NCBI GenBank assembly: GCA_037379345.1
Contig: CM074513.1
Location: 40,234,885-40,298,884 of the forward strand
Reading direction: 5' to 3'
Source of the DNA: Perna viridis
Lineage: Eukaryota
DNA length: 64,000 nucleotides
The number at the start of each line of letters is the position of its first letter. The first letter of the stretch is position 1. Below are positions 39,442 through 53,362 of the stretch, in pieces. Both the position numbers and the translations under genes were made by a program. The notes below the pieces were generated by a model, which saw only the letters and a program-made list of their open reading frames with translations, made no database searches and was not told where the DNA came from.

Positions 39442-42400
39442 AAAATTATTATATTTTATGATTTTATTATGATGAAATTGCAGGCATGGAAATGTAAAAT
39501 TGCATGTAATTTATGTGATAAATAGCTCTTTAAAAACTGCATTACTTTTATTCATTATTTCGCAGACAGAAACTTTAGAAGACAACTACTTAAAAAATCA
39601 GTATCTTACTGGGTTCCTTTCAACATTATCAGAAAAGTACACTCCCTTATTGAAGAAGAAAGGTAGCAAATCTGAAGGTAGGGAATAATGTAAAATTGTG
39701 AACCAATTTATATAAGTATAAACAAAAGTATTGCGAGTAAACTTAATATAATCCTTTCCAGAATAATCAAGACTTCAAGGACAGGACATAGCAGAACAAG
39801 ATGACAAAAACAACAATCACAATAATAGGAAAACCAGTAAATCCTATATTTTTTTCTTATTTGTCAATGGATTTATACATAAATGTCTCAAGTTCTTGAA
39901 AAAAATTAAATTTTTTTGCTGAATGCGTAAAAATATTTTAGACTTGCAAGCAAATTGACAAGGCGAAGTTTTTTCTCCCATTGCTAATATGACATAACAA
40001 CTGTCAAGTAAACTGTCCTAAAATCTAATCGTATACTTCATGTAAAAAGTTCATTATTACATTTTAAAAACTGTTGGCTTAATTTTACAAAACAAATCTC
40101 TCTGATTATTGACAAGGCTATGAATCTAGGATGGTTTTTTTATATATGAAAAAGACACATGAATAAAGAAAGGCCTCTTGTGCTTTGCTTAATATGATGC
40201 AGTCGTTAACTCACTTTGGATTATATGTTGTGTACATGGTACTTTTTCCTTCTATCTACTGATTAGCATGCCAATTTGAGTCATATGGTAAAAAGATTAA
40301 CATATCATTAAAAATGCACAAACATTAGAAAATGTTTAAAAACTACGCAGAAACCAAATAATCCCAGAGGAGCATCGTATTTCATAAAATAATCGCTATC
40401 TTTGCGTCTATACATCTCTAATGAACTATATGCTATAGCGGTTAATTTTACCTTGATTCTAAACCATGACAATTATGTATTGCAGGTTACTATATACGAC
40501 ATGGATGGCATGTCTGATGGATGCATGGAGGACTTATCAGTTCAAGCTATTATAAAAGGATGGTCTCTGAAAGATATAAAAGGTAAAATACACCGAATGT
40601 TCTGTCATTAGAATGTTACCGAAGAGCATATGTCCCCTCACAAAATTATACTTTATGCCACGGAGGATCAAACCCTCAGGAACAGTCAAGAGACGAAAGA
40701 ATTTGACATAATAAATAATCTTTTAGCAAAATTTATCAGGTGGTAATTTAAATCCAGAATCCACTACAACACAGGTAAACCTTCTTACCTCGCTTTCCTC
40801 TCCTCAAGAGCATCCATACAACGACTCTTAACTTGCCTTCCATATCATGTTATGTATGTATGATTGGCACCAGTTGTAACCAGAGAGCATGGTATACCTC
40901 CCAGATTATATACTATACGTAACCAACAGATCGAATTTCAAACGTCTCTGTGACAAATTTGATAAACTACATCGGTTTACTATTCAAATGTACTACCCAT
41001 ACTTGAAGTAGCTGTTCTACCACACGAACATGCTGATCGTATTAACTTCAAATGAGTTCTTTGGGTTTCTTCAATATTTGAGCCTCTGAATAATAATATT
41101 GCCTTCAGAGCTATGCTGCAAAAGTTCTTGATAAAATCATATCTCTTCCCAATCCTTTCTATTTCAAAAATATACCACCAATATTTAAAAATAAGTCTTT
41201 AAGAGTCAAATCATTCTATAAATATCATTTTTTGTTTGTACTTTTAGCCGTTTTTTCATTGCGCTTATTGTTTCTATTTTTTGTTGAATTTCTTTCCTGT
41301 AGACAATCTAAAGTTGCAACCTTTGATACACTATCAGGTAGTAGGCCAAGGGTGTCATCGGCAGTTCAACCTCGGATATCAAATGTAGAGTGTACCAGAG
41401 GAAAGACAGTCACCTTTAATATAACACATGATATGAATTGTAAGTCATTTTTATGAACATAATACAAATCTCAAAGAATGCGAACTATCTGTTTCTACAC
41501 AAGAATTTACGAAAAGATAAAAAAAAATAATCTCAATATTGTTCATGCATGTTTCATATCGCGAAAAATGGTAATATTTTTCCTAATAGTAGACAACAAG
41601 CCTTAATAGAAAAGCTTACAGACAAATAATACCTTTATGCCTTTAAAGTTTAACAAATATACTAGGGAAACACTTAAGACGAAACTTGTAAAAGAAATTG
41701 AATATAAAAGTATTCTAAGGCGAAATAAGTAAAACAAGACACACACACACACAAACTCGCGCGCGGTTCAAAATGATATAATGATCAGAAAAAGTAATTA
41801 TTTATTCCTTCAAGGTAAACTTGAAATGGAAAGATACAGACTGAAATTTAATCCGGGTTCGTCGCCTTTGTATTTCTTCTTAGCTTACCAACACATTCAA
41901 GAAAATGGCGGTCCTGACAAAGACACGGTAAGTAATTGTTGAATGCTTAGATAATTTCCCTGTTAACCAATCATTTTCCATTATTGCTATTTCTACCTCT
42001 GCTTTATCAAATACAAATGTACAGAAACGTCATGATAAAATTAGCAGTCATAAATTGATTAAACTTAGTAGTCTTCACCAGCAAGGGCATAGAGAATTAT
42101 AATAGAACTACATACAGATGTTATATATATGTTGTGTTCAAGTTGCAACATGTACAAAATTATTGTACATGTTGCAATTTGTATGACACAAAAATACAAG
42201 TTGCAATCTGTAAAATTATTTCTGTACAAGTTGTAATTGTACAACCTTAACCATAAAATTGTTTGCACACTGTATAAACCTTTCTTCTCGACATTTTAGT
42301 ATCAAAATATGTAAAAAAAAGAATGGAAAATTGTAAGTAATTTTTATACATTTTTAGTATTGATTTGTTAATCATTTGAGCAGTTACCGTATTCTTACAA

Positions 42401-44739
42401 TTTTTCAAAATTATCAGTTTAAGTGTTTAGAATAAATTTGGCAGTACAACTTTTAAATAAAAATAAGAAACCTGAAATGGAAGGGTTTGTACTATTTCCT
42501 ACCAATTTCATGATAAAGGATATTCAAGTTGCAATATTTACAGAAATATTTGTACATGTTGCAACTTGTACACAACAAACATATTTTATTTTTTTCCTAA
42601 AGATACACATGCATATGCCGATCGTTAAATTCAAATACTGTAAATACTCTCAAACAATGGAAAGAGAAAGAACCAATGTAAAGAAAACAAAACAAATGTC
42701 TTTGATTGTATATTACAATTTAATATATAAATGTCTGTAAAATCGTAGAAGAGGCTGTTACAATATTTTCTGAATGTTCTAGTCCTAACAGTTACATCTT
42801 GCAATGATCTGAAACAAACTAAAGCTAAAAGATTTAATAAAATTCTTTAACAAATATTATGTCTGATATTGAATTAGGATCTGAAGCTATTACTATTGGG
42901 GGCAATAATTGCAAAAAGCGTCAAGATAAACTTGAGAAAGTACACATAGTGAGGTTGTTCAGACAGGTAAGCTTTCCAGAAATGATCACAGTATTTTTGT
43001 GATCAGAAATTAAGTAAGTTATTATGGGACTTGAAACATACTAAGACAGCTGAATCGTTTGGACACGATTTAAAATGAATATTTCTAGTGTAAAAACATA
43101 TGAACTATATCGCGGTATTATTTTAAATACTTTCAGTGCTGTCTTCATTTCTGTACATTTAGAATTATTTATAAAAAGTTACTCGTAAATTAATTGAACT
43201 TAAAAGTATCAAAGTATTGATTTGTGAACATTATTTTTTATCTTATTTTGAGTCTTATAACTTTTGCAATTGAACCTGTGTGGGTATAGTGCTTGAGATA
43301 TCCGTATTTGTCTAGACGCTTCAATGTGAGAAAAATTGTGATCCAAAAGACTGCAGATGTATTCACGCTATTCGTCAAGTAAATTTTTTTCTGTTATAAA
43401 TATAGTATTGCAAATTAAAACGAAGATAATAATTGAAAATTTGTTCTAATCAGAGGAGAAAAAAAAGAGCCAGTATGGTAAAAAAGCATAACTTTTAGTA
43501 AAAATAAATGTTTTTATGGCAAGTGATGTGTTGGAAAATTCATCACATTTTCAATTTATATTCAAGATTTTTAATTAAAATGTTTTATTGTAATGCAAGT
43601 TTTTTTTTATTTTTAAGGAATCGTTTTTGTTTTTTTGTTTTATTATGCAATCTTTTTTGTTCATGTTTCATTATGTTTATTTATTAATACCATGGACTGT
43701 AGAAGTAGGTCCGGTGTAACGCTTATTTCCATTGGCTTTTAGTTAATAGTGGCAGTATCCTGATAAAATTGAGTGTTCACATAAACTCCGAACAGCTTTT
43801 GACGATTGACGTTTGAAATTTACTCTAGACGCTAAAAAACTCACAACAACATTAAAATAAGGAATAGCTGTATGTAAAATATTAGTAAGATACTGATGAT
43901 AAACTGGACGACTTGCTTCGTCGACTATCTTTAGCATTTATTCCTTTTCATGGTGGTAATGCTGTCCTTATATGGAAATTACAACTGCGTTTTATGAATG
44001 AATCAATTAACTTGTTTGGGAGTCAGATCCAAACAAAGAGAACCCAGACTCTGATTTGATCAGAACCCAAATCAATCCGCAAATGTACTTATTAGTTCGT
44101 CTCATACATCGAAGTTACCTATATACAAATGTACATTACTCGTGTAAAATAACAATACGTAAAAATTAAACAAAATCTACATTAACTTCATGGACTTTAA
44201 CTTTTAATACGAGTAATTATCGCGGAGAGTGCTGACAAGTTTTATAAATCTCTCAATTCCGGTCTTCGATCTTAATTGACAAAAAATGATACTCTGATAA
44301 TATATCATCGAAGTTGTGCGACGTTTCATATTTAGATATTTATGTAAACTTGTAAGTATGCACTTGTAATAACACACGAAAAATTCTCCCAAAGGCAAGC
44401 AACAGGGTTCGCATTGTACATCGTTAATTACCGTATAACTTATCATACCGAAAATTTGGGCCGTTGCTAGGCTAAATTGCACTTATAAAGCTTGGAATAA
44501 GTTTTCCTGGAACGCGCGCAAATACTACTTGATTTCACTGTATAAAGCATGTGTTAATACACAGGCGGTAAGATTAACGGGTGAAGAGCCATTCATTAAT
44601 GGAACATATAGACTTTTATTTGTGAGTCCGTTAGAATGAACAGCCAAGTGAATCACTGACTTTAATTACAAATGACATTCAAATGTTAAAAGGCACCAGA
44701 CCTCAGTCTGCAGCTAAGCGCAGCCCAGATCAAGGCAGT

Positions 44740-45760
44740 GAACAGAAAATGTTTGACCAAATATCTCTTGCAGTATGTTGGATAGCTGAAAATGTATTCA
44801 AAGTGAATAACATTTTACATTCTTAGATGACCTCCTTACAACTTACCCTTCAAATTACACAGCTGATATGACTATGGCAATATTAACTTTGTTATTGAGG
44901 AAGTTGAATATTCCATTTGTCTGCATATGACTGTTGGAACGTTTTATTTTCTGGAATATTTAGGTATTAGATAAAAACTATATGGACGGTGGGTTACACA
45001 AGGAAAATTCGAAAGGACTTGTGAAATCATAGAGATATTTCTGACATCAAAACCATTTACAAGGAGTATTGGGTCATCTCAATTTTGCATACAGAGTAAT
45101 TCATCCTGGACGTTCATTTATTTCGTGTCTAATTAAGCTTAAAATTCCTGTCTGGATGGAATGGCGTTTCTTTCTTTCTAAATATTAATCTTACTCCAGC
45201 ATCTGACTTGCATCTTTTCACTGATGTTACAGACTGCGCTTTTAGGGGTATTTATTACACCAAGGGGTTCCAAGGGAAGTTTCCTTCTAATATTTTGCAT
45301 AACAAAGAAGCTTCTATTGCCGTATTTGAAATATATCCAAAATCTATGGCTATAGCCTTTGTGGAGTAGTACTTGGGCTAGGCGTAGAATTGTGTTTTCA
45401 CTGTTGAAATATTTCTACAGTAGCGATTATAAATAAAAGTAGATATCGAGTTTCTATTATAATGACTTTATCGAGGAGAATTACATGGTGTGCAGCATCT
45501 TACAATTTCTCTATTCATGCAGAGCATATACCAGGGAACGTTTATTCAATTGCAGATGAAATATTTCGTCGTCAGACTGCAAAATATCGACAGCTAGCAC
45601 CATGGGCAGATCAACTTCAAACATCTTGTATTCAGTGGAAAGATTTGATGATTTGAAGAAACGATTATGGAACGCTTCTATTAGTGCAAATACTGCAGCA
45701 GCTTATAATGTTTCTGCCAATTTATTACATCGTCGGTTATCGCTAACCAGCCTTAAAGGT
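44740..45760 (+). mobile_element. Decayed tyrosine-recombinase retrotransposon (Ngaro/DIRS) RT-RNase H remnant and start of YR
   Basis: Remnants of the DD motif, LEYLGI, LFTD, IAVFEIYP, STVAIINK, and ORF MTLSRRITWCAASYNFSIHAEHIPGNVYSIAD...YRQLAP (DIRS-type RNase H). These overlap LWNASISANTAAAY, which resembles a YR N-terminus. Confidence 0.75.
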
Positions 45761-46117
45761 GAAGCTGGAGATCTGTTGAGTAGAAAAAAAAACTTTGAAA
45801 AAATATTCCAAGTTAGTAAAATAACTTAAATATAAATTTGGTTCATTTGAAACCAAAAGTACATAAAAAGTACAATTTGAAAGAAGAAAACAAAAAACCA
45901 AACGAATACAAAGCAGAATATGATGCTGAATTAAAACGTTTATATGACAAAGCATACTCACAGAGAGATGCCCAAATCTGGCAGGAAGATCTGCTTCAGA
46001 GAAGTTTATAGGGTATATCAGACCATAGTGCTTGAGTGTATCCAGAAGTAGTAAAGGCATCTAAAATCATTGAAGAAGCTGTGCAAGAAGTTATAACACG
46101 TACATATAAACCAAGGA

Positions 46118-46385
46118 AAGAGTAAACAAGGGAACCAAGGTTATAGCGGTAATCAAAAGAATTACAGGGACAAAGACCAGACATGGAAAACAGACATACA
46201 CAACAAAGAACATAAAGTAACTAAAATCATACATACATACACCGTAACGATCCACGAGTTCACGATGACGATCACAACACTTCTGTATTGATGACTTCAA
46301 TCTTGTAACAATATCACCCTGTTCCAGAAGCTTATTTGTTTGAATTCTAGCCTGATACAAAAGCTCTAGCATAAAGTAAGACAAA
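46118..46385 (-). mobile_element. Penelope-like fragment: RT C-terminus fused directly to the 3' tail
   Basis: NKLLEQGDIVTRLKSSIQKCCDRHRELVDRYGV runs straight into the tail; the stem-loop segment is missing. Confidence 0.75.
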
Positions 46386-46479
46386 TCAAGAAAGATGACA
46401 CAAAAACTGTCCCAAAAAATTTACATACATATAAGAAAAGGCCCAAACAGGTACCAATATAGTTCTAACAAGGAACTAC

Positions 46480-49400
46480 TCACAATTGCCAAATATGAAA
46501 TCCAAGAAATGTCTGACAAAATTTATGAAACTGATAGAAAAAAGTGAAGTTCAACACCGGCAAATGATAGAGAACCAAAATAATGAAAGATTGTCCGTAC
46601 CAAGTAAGGAATACAAACAAAACAACAAAAGTTATGGAAAAACAAATACAGAAGTTAGAAATCAAACTCAGGGGAGTGTCAAAATTTGCTACTTTTGTGG
46701 CCAGTCTGGGGATTTTGCCCGAAATTGTTTCAGTAACCCAAATCGATAAGTCACAAATTATAACAGAGCCACAGGCAATTTTGAAAATAAATCACTTTCA
46801 GCTACCCCACAAGAACAGTCGAAACCAGAAGAATTATCCTTACACTAAAGCGGATTGTCCTCCTTGACTAGGATTTAGCCCAACATTTTATTGAAAATTA
46901 ATGGTAAATAGTTTGAAAACAATGGAGTTCAAGATCCAACCAGCAACATAAATACCAAAGGTGGTAAAGATAGCAAATTCTCAGAAGTTGTTGTAAAAAG
47001 TCAAGATAGTAATGAAAAGGTAGTAAGCAGTAAATATAATAATAATAATCATTTATTTGTTCAGACCCGGTGTTAGGGATGAACAATTACCTAACGATAA
47101 AGTAGTAAAACGTCAAGTACTCCGAAATGATGGAGTCTACATTGAAGTATATATCCAAGGGTCAATGGTTAATTTGCTGTTGATTCTGGAGCAGTCAGAA
47201 CATATTTATCTGTAAATGCTTTTTTTTGTAATAAATTCCTCAAGAGAGAAGACCGAACTTGGTTAAGTCAGATACTTTATCAAATGCTGATGGCAACCCC
47301 CTAAAAGTATTTCGGAAGGTCACTTTTGAAGTGATGTTTCGAAATTCATGTATAGAAACTGAGCTAGTTGTAGCAAATATTGAGGATAAAGCACTGCTGG
47401 GTTTGGATGTGTTGATGAAATTCAGTTTGGACCAGTAGAAATTAATTTACGTGTTAGAACTATGTTGCTTGATGTACATGCCATTCAATGTACTCAAAGA
47501 AATCAAACTGACAGCCAAGTCAGACAAAATTTTGTGGCTGAAAATTATGAGATTCCTCCTAGATATGAAATATGAAAAAATATTGGAATGTTAAGACAGT
47601 ACAGAGACTGAAAATCAAAGCCCTGTCATAAGACTTAAATTCCAGGAGATCAAACCCTGTTAATTGTAAATAAATGAGTTGATAATTAGAAGTTTTAACT
47701 TAAAACGGGACACGTGGTGGTGGGAAAAGAGGAAATGTCCCCTTATATTTGAAGGAAATGTATGAAAACATAGGTTCTTGATATGACAAAACAGAAAAAG
47801 TTGCTATAACTTGCCTTTTAGAAAAAATATGCAACTATCTTTTCAAAAGATGAGATTGACAAGGACCGGACTAACCTTATTGAGTTTAGTATTGAAACTG
47901 AGGTAGCAAGGCCGATAATATACCCCTACGCAGAGTCTCTTTGGCCTATGCAAAGGAAGAAAAGAAGCCGATCGAACAAATGGAGAAAAAAGGAATATTT
48001 ATCTCACCATGGTCCAGCCCATTAGTTCTGGTTCTGAAGAAAAGTGGTAAGATTACCGTCAACTCAATGCTGTTTCCCAAAAATGGGCATGATTTTTCCC
48101 CAGGATTCAAGACTGTTTAGATACTTTGGCAGGGGCTTCCACATTTAGTGTCTTTGACCTTACCAGCGGTTTCAATCGAATTCCAGTCAAGGAAAATGAT
48201 TTTTCTTAAAACAGCATTCGTGACGAAGTATGGGTTTTATGAGTGAATTACTTTACCCTTTGGTTCATAAACATGCATGTTGTCAACGGCTGATGGAATT
48301 TATCCTAAGGGATTACAATGGGAAATTTTATTAATTTATTTGGATGATATAATCATGATCTCGTCATTTTTTTCAAAACACTTTAAAAGACTTGATTTCG
48401 CTCTGAAGGGAATCATGGATGTGGGTTTAAAGTCAAAACTTAAAAATGTAGAATTGTTTAAAATGAAGTAATCTTTTTGGGTCATATTATTTAGTAAAAG
48501 GGTATACATACAACCTGACCCTGACATTATAGTAAAAAAATTGCAATGTTCTGTTCGAAAAACTGTGAAAGACGTAAGGCATATTTTAGGCCTTGGTAGT
48601 TACTACTGCATATTTATAGACCACTTTTCAGAGTTGGTCAAACCCTTGACTGAATGAACAAAAAATCCGCAAAATTTGTTTGGACAAAAAAAAGTCAACA
48701 GACTTTTGAAAAATTAAAAGTTTATTTTGTTAGTGCTAGAATATTAACGTATCCTAAGGATGAAGGTGCATACATACTGGATACGGATGCTAGTGATGAT
48801 ACTATTGGTGCTGTCATGCAAACAGATTCAAGATATATTCTAGGTATACCTAGAGTCATTGCCTATGGCAGTCGAACCTTGAAATTACTGCATAACGGAT
48901 AAAGAATTACTTGTAATACGATACTTTGTTGAGTACCATAGACAGTATAATACAGGAATTTTTTACCCCCAGCAAGTTTATGGCTGAGATATTACAGAAT
49001 ATGCATGACTTACCAATTTCTGGTCATTTAGGAAAAAAAGACAAAACTGGTGAAAAAAACTATCCAAAGGTTCTATTGGTTTGAACTTAAGAAAAGTGTA
49101 AAAATTTGGATAGCAAAATGTGATGCATGCAGTGTAAATAGACCACCCCACAAAACAACTCGGGCTCCACTTGGTAGAATGCCTACATGTGCTCCTTGGG
49201 ACCAACTAGCAATGGATGTATTAGGAACAATTCCCCTAACACCAGATAAAAATACATATCCTTACAATTTCTGTTTTTTTTTCTGAATGGGTTGAAGCAT
49301 TGCCATACCTGACCAAAAAGCTGCCACTTATGCTAGCATTGTTTTAAAATTTCGTCCATTGTACCTGCACATGGATCAGAGCATAAACTTTGAATGGGAT

Positions 49401-49995
49401 CTTTCGAAAGAGCGAATTGAGGAATTAAAAAGACCAGAACAAGTCCTGAAACCCCGAAAGGAAACGGACGATGTGAAATATTTAATCGAACTTTCCTTGG
49501 AATGACTAAATCTTATATTAAAGGGAAACAAACTGATTAAAACTTGGGATGTTTGGCCGGATAATATCGGGCCACTCCTAATAATGAGACCACCACATTA
49601 ACACCCGATCTAACGCTTTTAGGCTAAAAGATAAGATTACCATTTGAGGAGTTGGATTGGGGTATACCTCTATCAACAGACAAAAACGTGTAACTTAACA
49701 GGCGGGAAGATACTTACAAAATTAGACAAAACCTGGAAAAACCCATAAAGTGGCTAGAAAACATCCGCAAGGCAAGCAAATGCAAAACGCAGAAAATATT
49801 GTTATGATAGAAAGTCCAATTTCAAAATTCTTTAAAAGGGATTCAAAATATGGTACCTATCTGGTCCACAGCTTCAAACTTTGAACAAATAGATGAAAAG
49901 GGTACAGAAAAGGTTGTTAATCATGACAAGTTACAATTGTATAATTGGGAAAGTGACCCGAAATTGATCAAATTAATTATAAAGAAACTGTAAAT
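46480..49995 (+). mobile_element. Degenerate Ty3/Gypsy LTR retrotransposon internal region (gag-PR-RT-RH-IN)
   Basis: Zinc-knuckle remnant CYFCGQSGDFARNC; protease VDSGA (~47180); RT SPWSSPLVLV, FDLTSGF, YLDDII; RNase H ILDTDASDDTIGAV, VIAYGSRTL; integrase QRFYW...CDAC, PWDQLAMDVLG, GNGRCEIFNRT. Domain order is Gypsy-type; many stops and frameshifts. Confidence 0.9.
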
Positions 49996-52089
49996 AAATT
50001 TTGTAAAAAAGTTCCAGTTGATAGTTGAATGATAACGACTAGAAGTTTTAGTCTTCATTTATAGTAAAAATATTGCTATCTTCCATTGAAAGTTATTTTT
50101 GTGTCTATGGAAATTTAACCAATGTATGAAATGTATAAACTTAAACAGAAATGTGATTTTTCTGCATATAATTCTAATCTGCATAATTATAAATACTGTG
50201 CGTATATACAGAAATAATTTTTTTTTATAAATTGTTAATTTGACTAATTAGTCGTCAAAAGTCCTCCAGAAGTTAGAGCTAAAGTCTGCAAGTTTAGTTC
50301 ATCTGGGTACAATTAAAATATAAAAAAAATGTATGTAATAAAATTTTATGAAATATGATGACAAGAGTCTGTCGATGAAAATAGAAATAGAAATATGATA
50401 TCACATCGAAAGAAATGTAACTATTAAATAAATAAAAATGGGAGTGATTGTGAAATTATATATTGGTCAAATCCAAATTTGGAGTGTGGAGGAAAGATCC
50501 TGGGTTGAGTCTTTGTAAAATTAATTACAATAGACACATAGCCCATCTTCTTTTGGAGGAATTACCTGAGTCTTTCCTGGGGAATACTTACTTGTATAAA
50601 TGTACCCAGCCACACCAATTTAACGTTTAGACCTCAGATTATGAGCCATTGTCATCTATTGACAGTGCTCAGTATTGGACATCTATATCTAGGACTGCAT
50701 TTTATACAGTTTCCACAAATCAGTTATCTCAACCTGTTCCAGCCATCTCCCTCCCAACTTAGTGTACTCAGTCTGTTCCTGTTACCTCTCATTACCAGCA
50801 AAGTGCTGCTTTCTTTGTCACACCTGCAGTTTCAGTGGCTTCCGGCCACTATGGACAATGCTTGGCAGAACCTTATTCATCTCAGTCACTGTGCAACCTT
50901 GTCAAGCTGTCATCCCAACGTACACGCCAACTCCAATTCATCAGACAACTGCCATCATCACCTCACCAGTCACCACCACATCTAGGACTACACGGCAATC
51001 ACTTACATACCTTCTGCCGAGATGAAAAGGAATTCTCCCCTAATGCAGGCTCTTAAAAATAACAAGGGAGATAAAGCAATTAAATTTTTATTGCCTCAGT
51101 TGTTAGGGGTAAAGGAGTCGGCCCCTCCCCCTTAGATTTCCCGTCCGTTGACATCACAACCTGTTGGACAGGACCAACCTTTCATACATAATAGAACAAG
51201 GTACATATGAGCTGAAACTCACACTGTAGTGAGTGCTTAAACCTATAATCACTAACTTCCGGTGTTGAGAGGTAGGAATATTTGTCAAACATAGTAGTCT
51301 ATAGATTCTTGTCACTCCTTTGTGAATTAAGTACTGTTTTAATATAGAATTACAGTAATACTAAAAATTAATAAATTGTAGAAATTAATATGGTTTCTGA
51401 AACAATGGCATTGGTCTACCTACAACAAAACTGATACCCCGTTTCACAATTACATATAGACGAAAAATACACTGCGTTCATACTCTGACCGCTTCATATA
51501 CAATGCATTTAAATCAAGAAACCTTTAAATGTGATCGTACTTTTTGGATATCATTAGAAATTGAGCTGCATGAGGAAAGCAATATGTGTTTATTTTCTTC
51601 ATGTGTAACCATGTATATCACAGGATGATTTAAAATTTCGAAATAACAAAAATATGGGGTTTAGTATTTTCAAATAAAAATATTGATTTCGGTTACTGCT
51701 GATACATAGATAAATATTTTGCGCTTGCACAAAAAATATCTTATGTTACATCCAAAACCCTACCCCCCCCCCCCCAAGATAAAATGGTCGGTACCTTATT
51801 CCAAATTAACAACTTAAATACAAAAACCAAATTAATAACAACGATTACGTAATACATGTATTTATTGATCAATCAGAATTGTATATTACGGTTATTCTGT
51901 TCACCATGGTGACCTTATTTGACCTGAACAACGAAGGGGATCTGTCCAAAGGTTCATCCTATGGTGTGTTCAGGAATGTCGGAGCCTGGGTTTTCTTTAT
52001 TCAGATATGACGCTTCTCTTTAAGCTTATTATAGACCAAGGAAAATATGAATTACTTCAGAGTACATCATATGGCATGAATGAAAAAAA

Positions 52090-52260
52090 TAATCAAAAAG
52101 ATTGCATAGTTATAAAAAAAATGATCTTGCATTGTTAAAAAAAGATTTATATATTAATTTACAATCTCACATATTAATAAAAGTTTCTTGCCTTTCAATA
52201 AAAATCTTGCATTATTAAAAAAAAAAGATTGCATATTATTGAAAAAAAAATATTGTATTA
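52090..52260. repeat. Degenerate TTGCATTATTAAAAAAA-type tandem repeat
   Basis: Several ~20-25-bp units. Confidence 0.55.
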
Positions 52261-53260
52261 TTCATTTACCCATGTCTTTAAGTAGCTGTCTTTGTAAGAA
52301 TCATGCAAAATCTTTAAAATGTGATACACCCCAAAAAAGGCTACATATTTTTATCTTTGTAATTAAGTTATTCATGGGTCTATATTATGAAATGTGTTAT
52401 TATTCATTCAAATCTGCCTGCTCTTAGGAGATAATCAACATTGAAAATCCAATAGATTCTATTGTATTTGAGTGTCATTTACAGAGTTAACTCCCTTATA
52501 TAAACACTATCCCTTTCTGAGACACGCAAAGGGGCAGAATGTTTAAATAGTCCTGAAAGAATAAAAATAAAGCCAATTTATATCAGTGCAACAAATGAAG
52601 GAGCTTCAAACAATCCAATTCTATAATAGCAATCATAATTCGATGATCTTTAAATGTTATCAAGAGAGAGGACAGTACTTGCTGTGATTTAGTTTGGGCG
52701 ATTGGTGACGGATATGAAGAGGAAATTCAATACGACAAATTAACTGAAAAAGTGATGACACTTAGTGGTAAACTACTAAATTATCCTGGAGGTATTTACT
52801 ATTTTTTTTTATATAAATTATAATTAATACGCTCCCGAAGGGATCGTTTATGGTTGTATTATCAACTTGGTTCTGTATACTTATGGCAAGAAAAAGCATC
52901 AATATCCGGTTTGACCTGCATTTTCAGGAGCTGAAAAACAGCATAATGGCAGCTTCATTTGCGTATACTTGTATATGTGCGATTGAGAGCCAAACCAGTC
53001 TCGGAAAATATTTGTTAGTTTCGATAATTAAATACAAATCGAATCATAAATTTTCCAAGATAGGAAAATGAAAACGAATCAAAACCAAACGAAAATAATC
53101 GATAGAAGAAAGACTCGAAACGAATCAATTCGATGAAATTAATCAAATCGTTATAAAACATAATCTAACTATACAGAATGGAACAGAATGAAGCAGAATT
53201 AAATGCAAGTAAAGAAATCTTTAGACGTTTCGCAAGTATAAGAACCATAATGTTAACCAG

Positions 53261-53362
53261 TGCCGGACAATTCGACCCAAAGACATTTCGGAACATGACA
53301 ACCAATAATTCCTTATGAATGCCGGACATTTCGCCCAATAGACATATTAGACCTTGACAATC
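53261..53362 (+). repeat. Two ~59-bp imperfect tandem units (TGCCGGACA.TTCG.CC.A.AGACAT)
   Basis: Units start near 53261 and 53320. Confidence 0.6.

Noticed and set aside
43715-44060. 5' LTR and PBS of the Gypsy element
   Set aside because: A TGTAACG start and a PBS-like word are present, but no matching second LTR was found near 51.3 kb.
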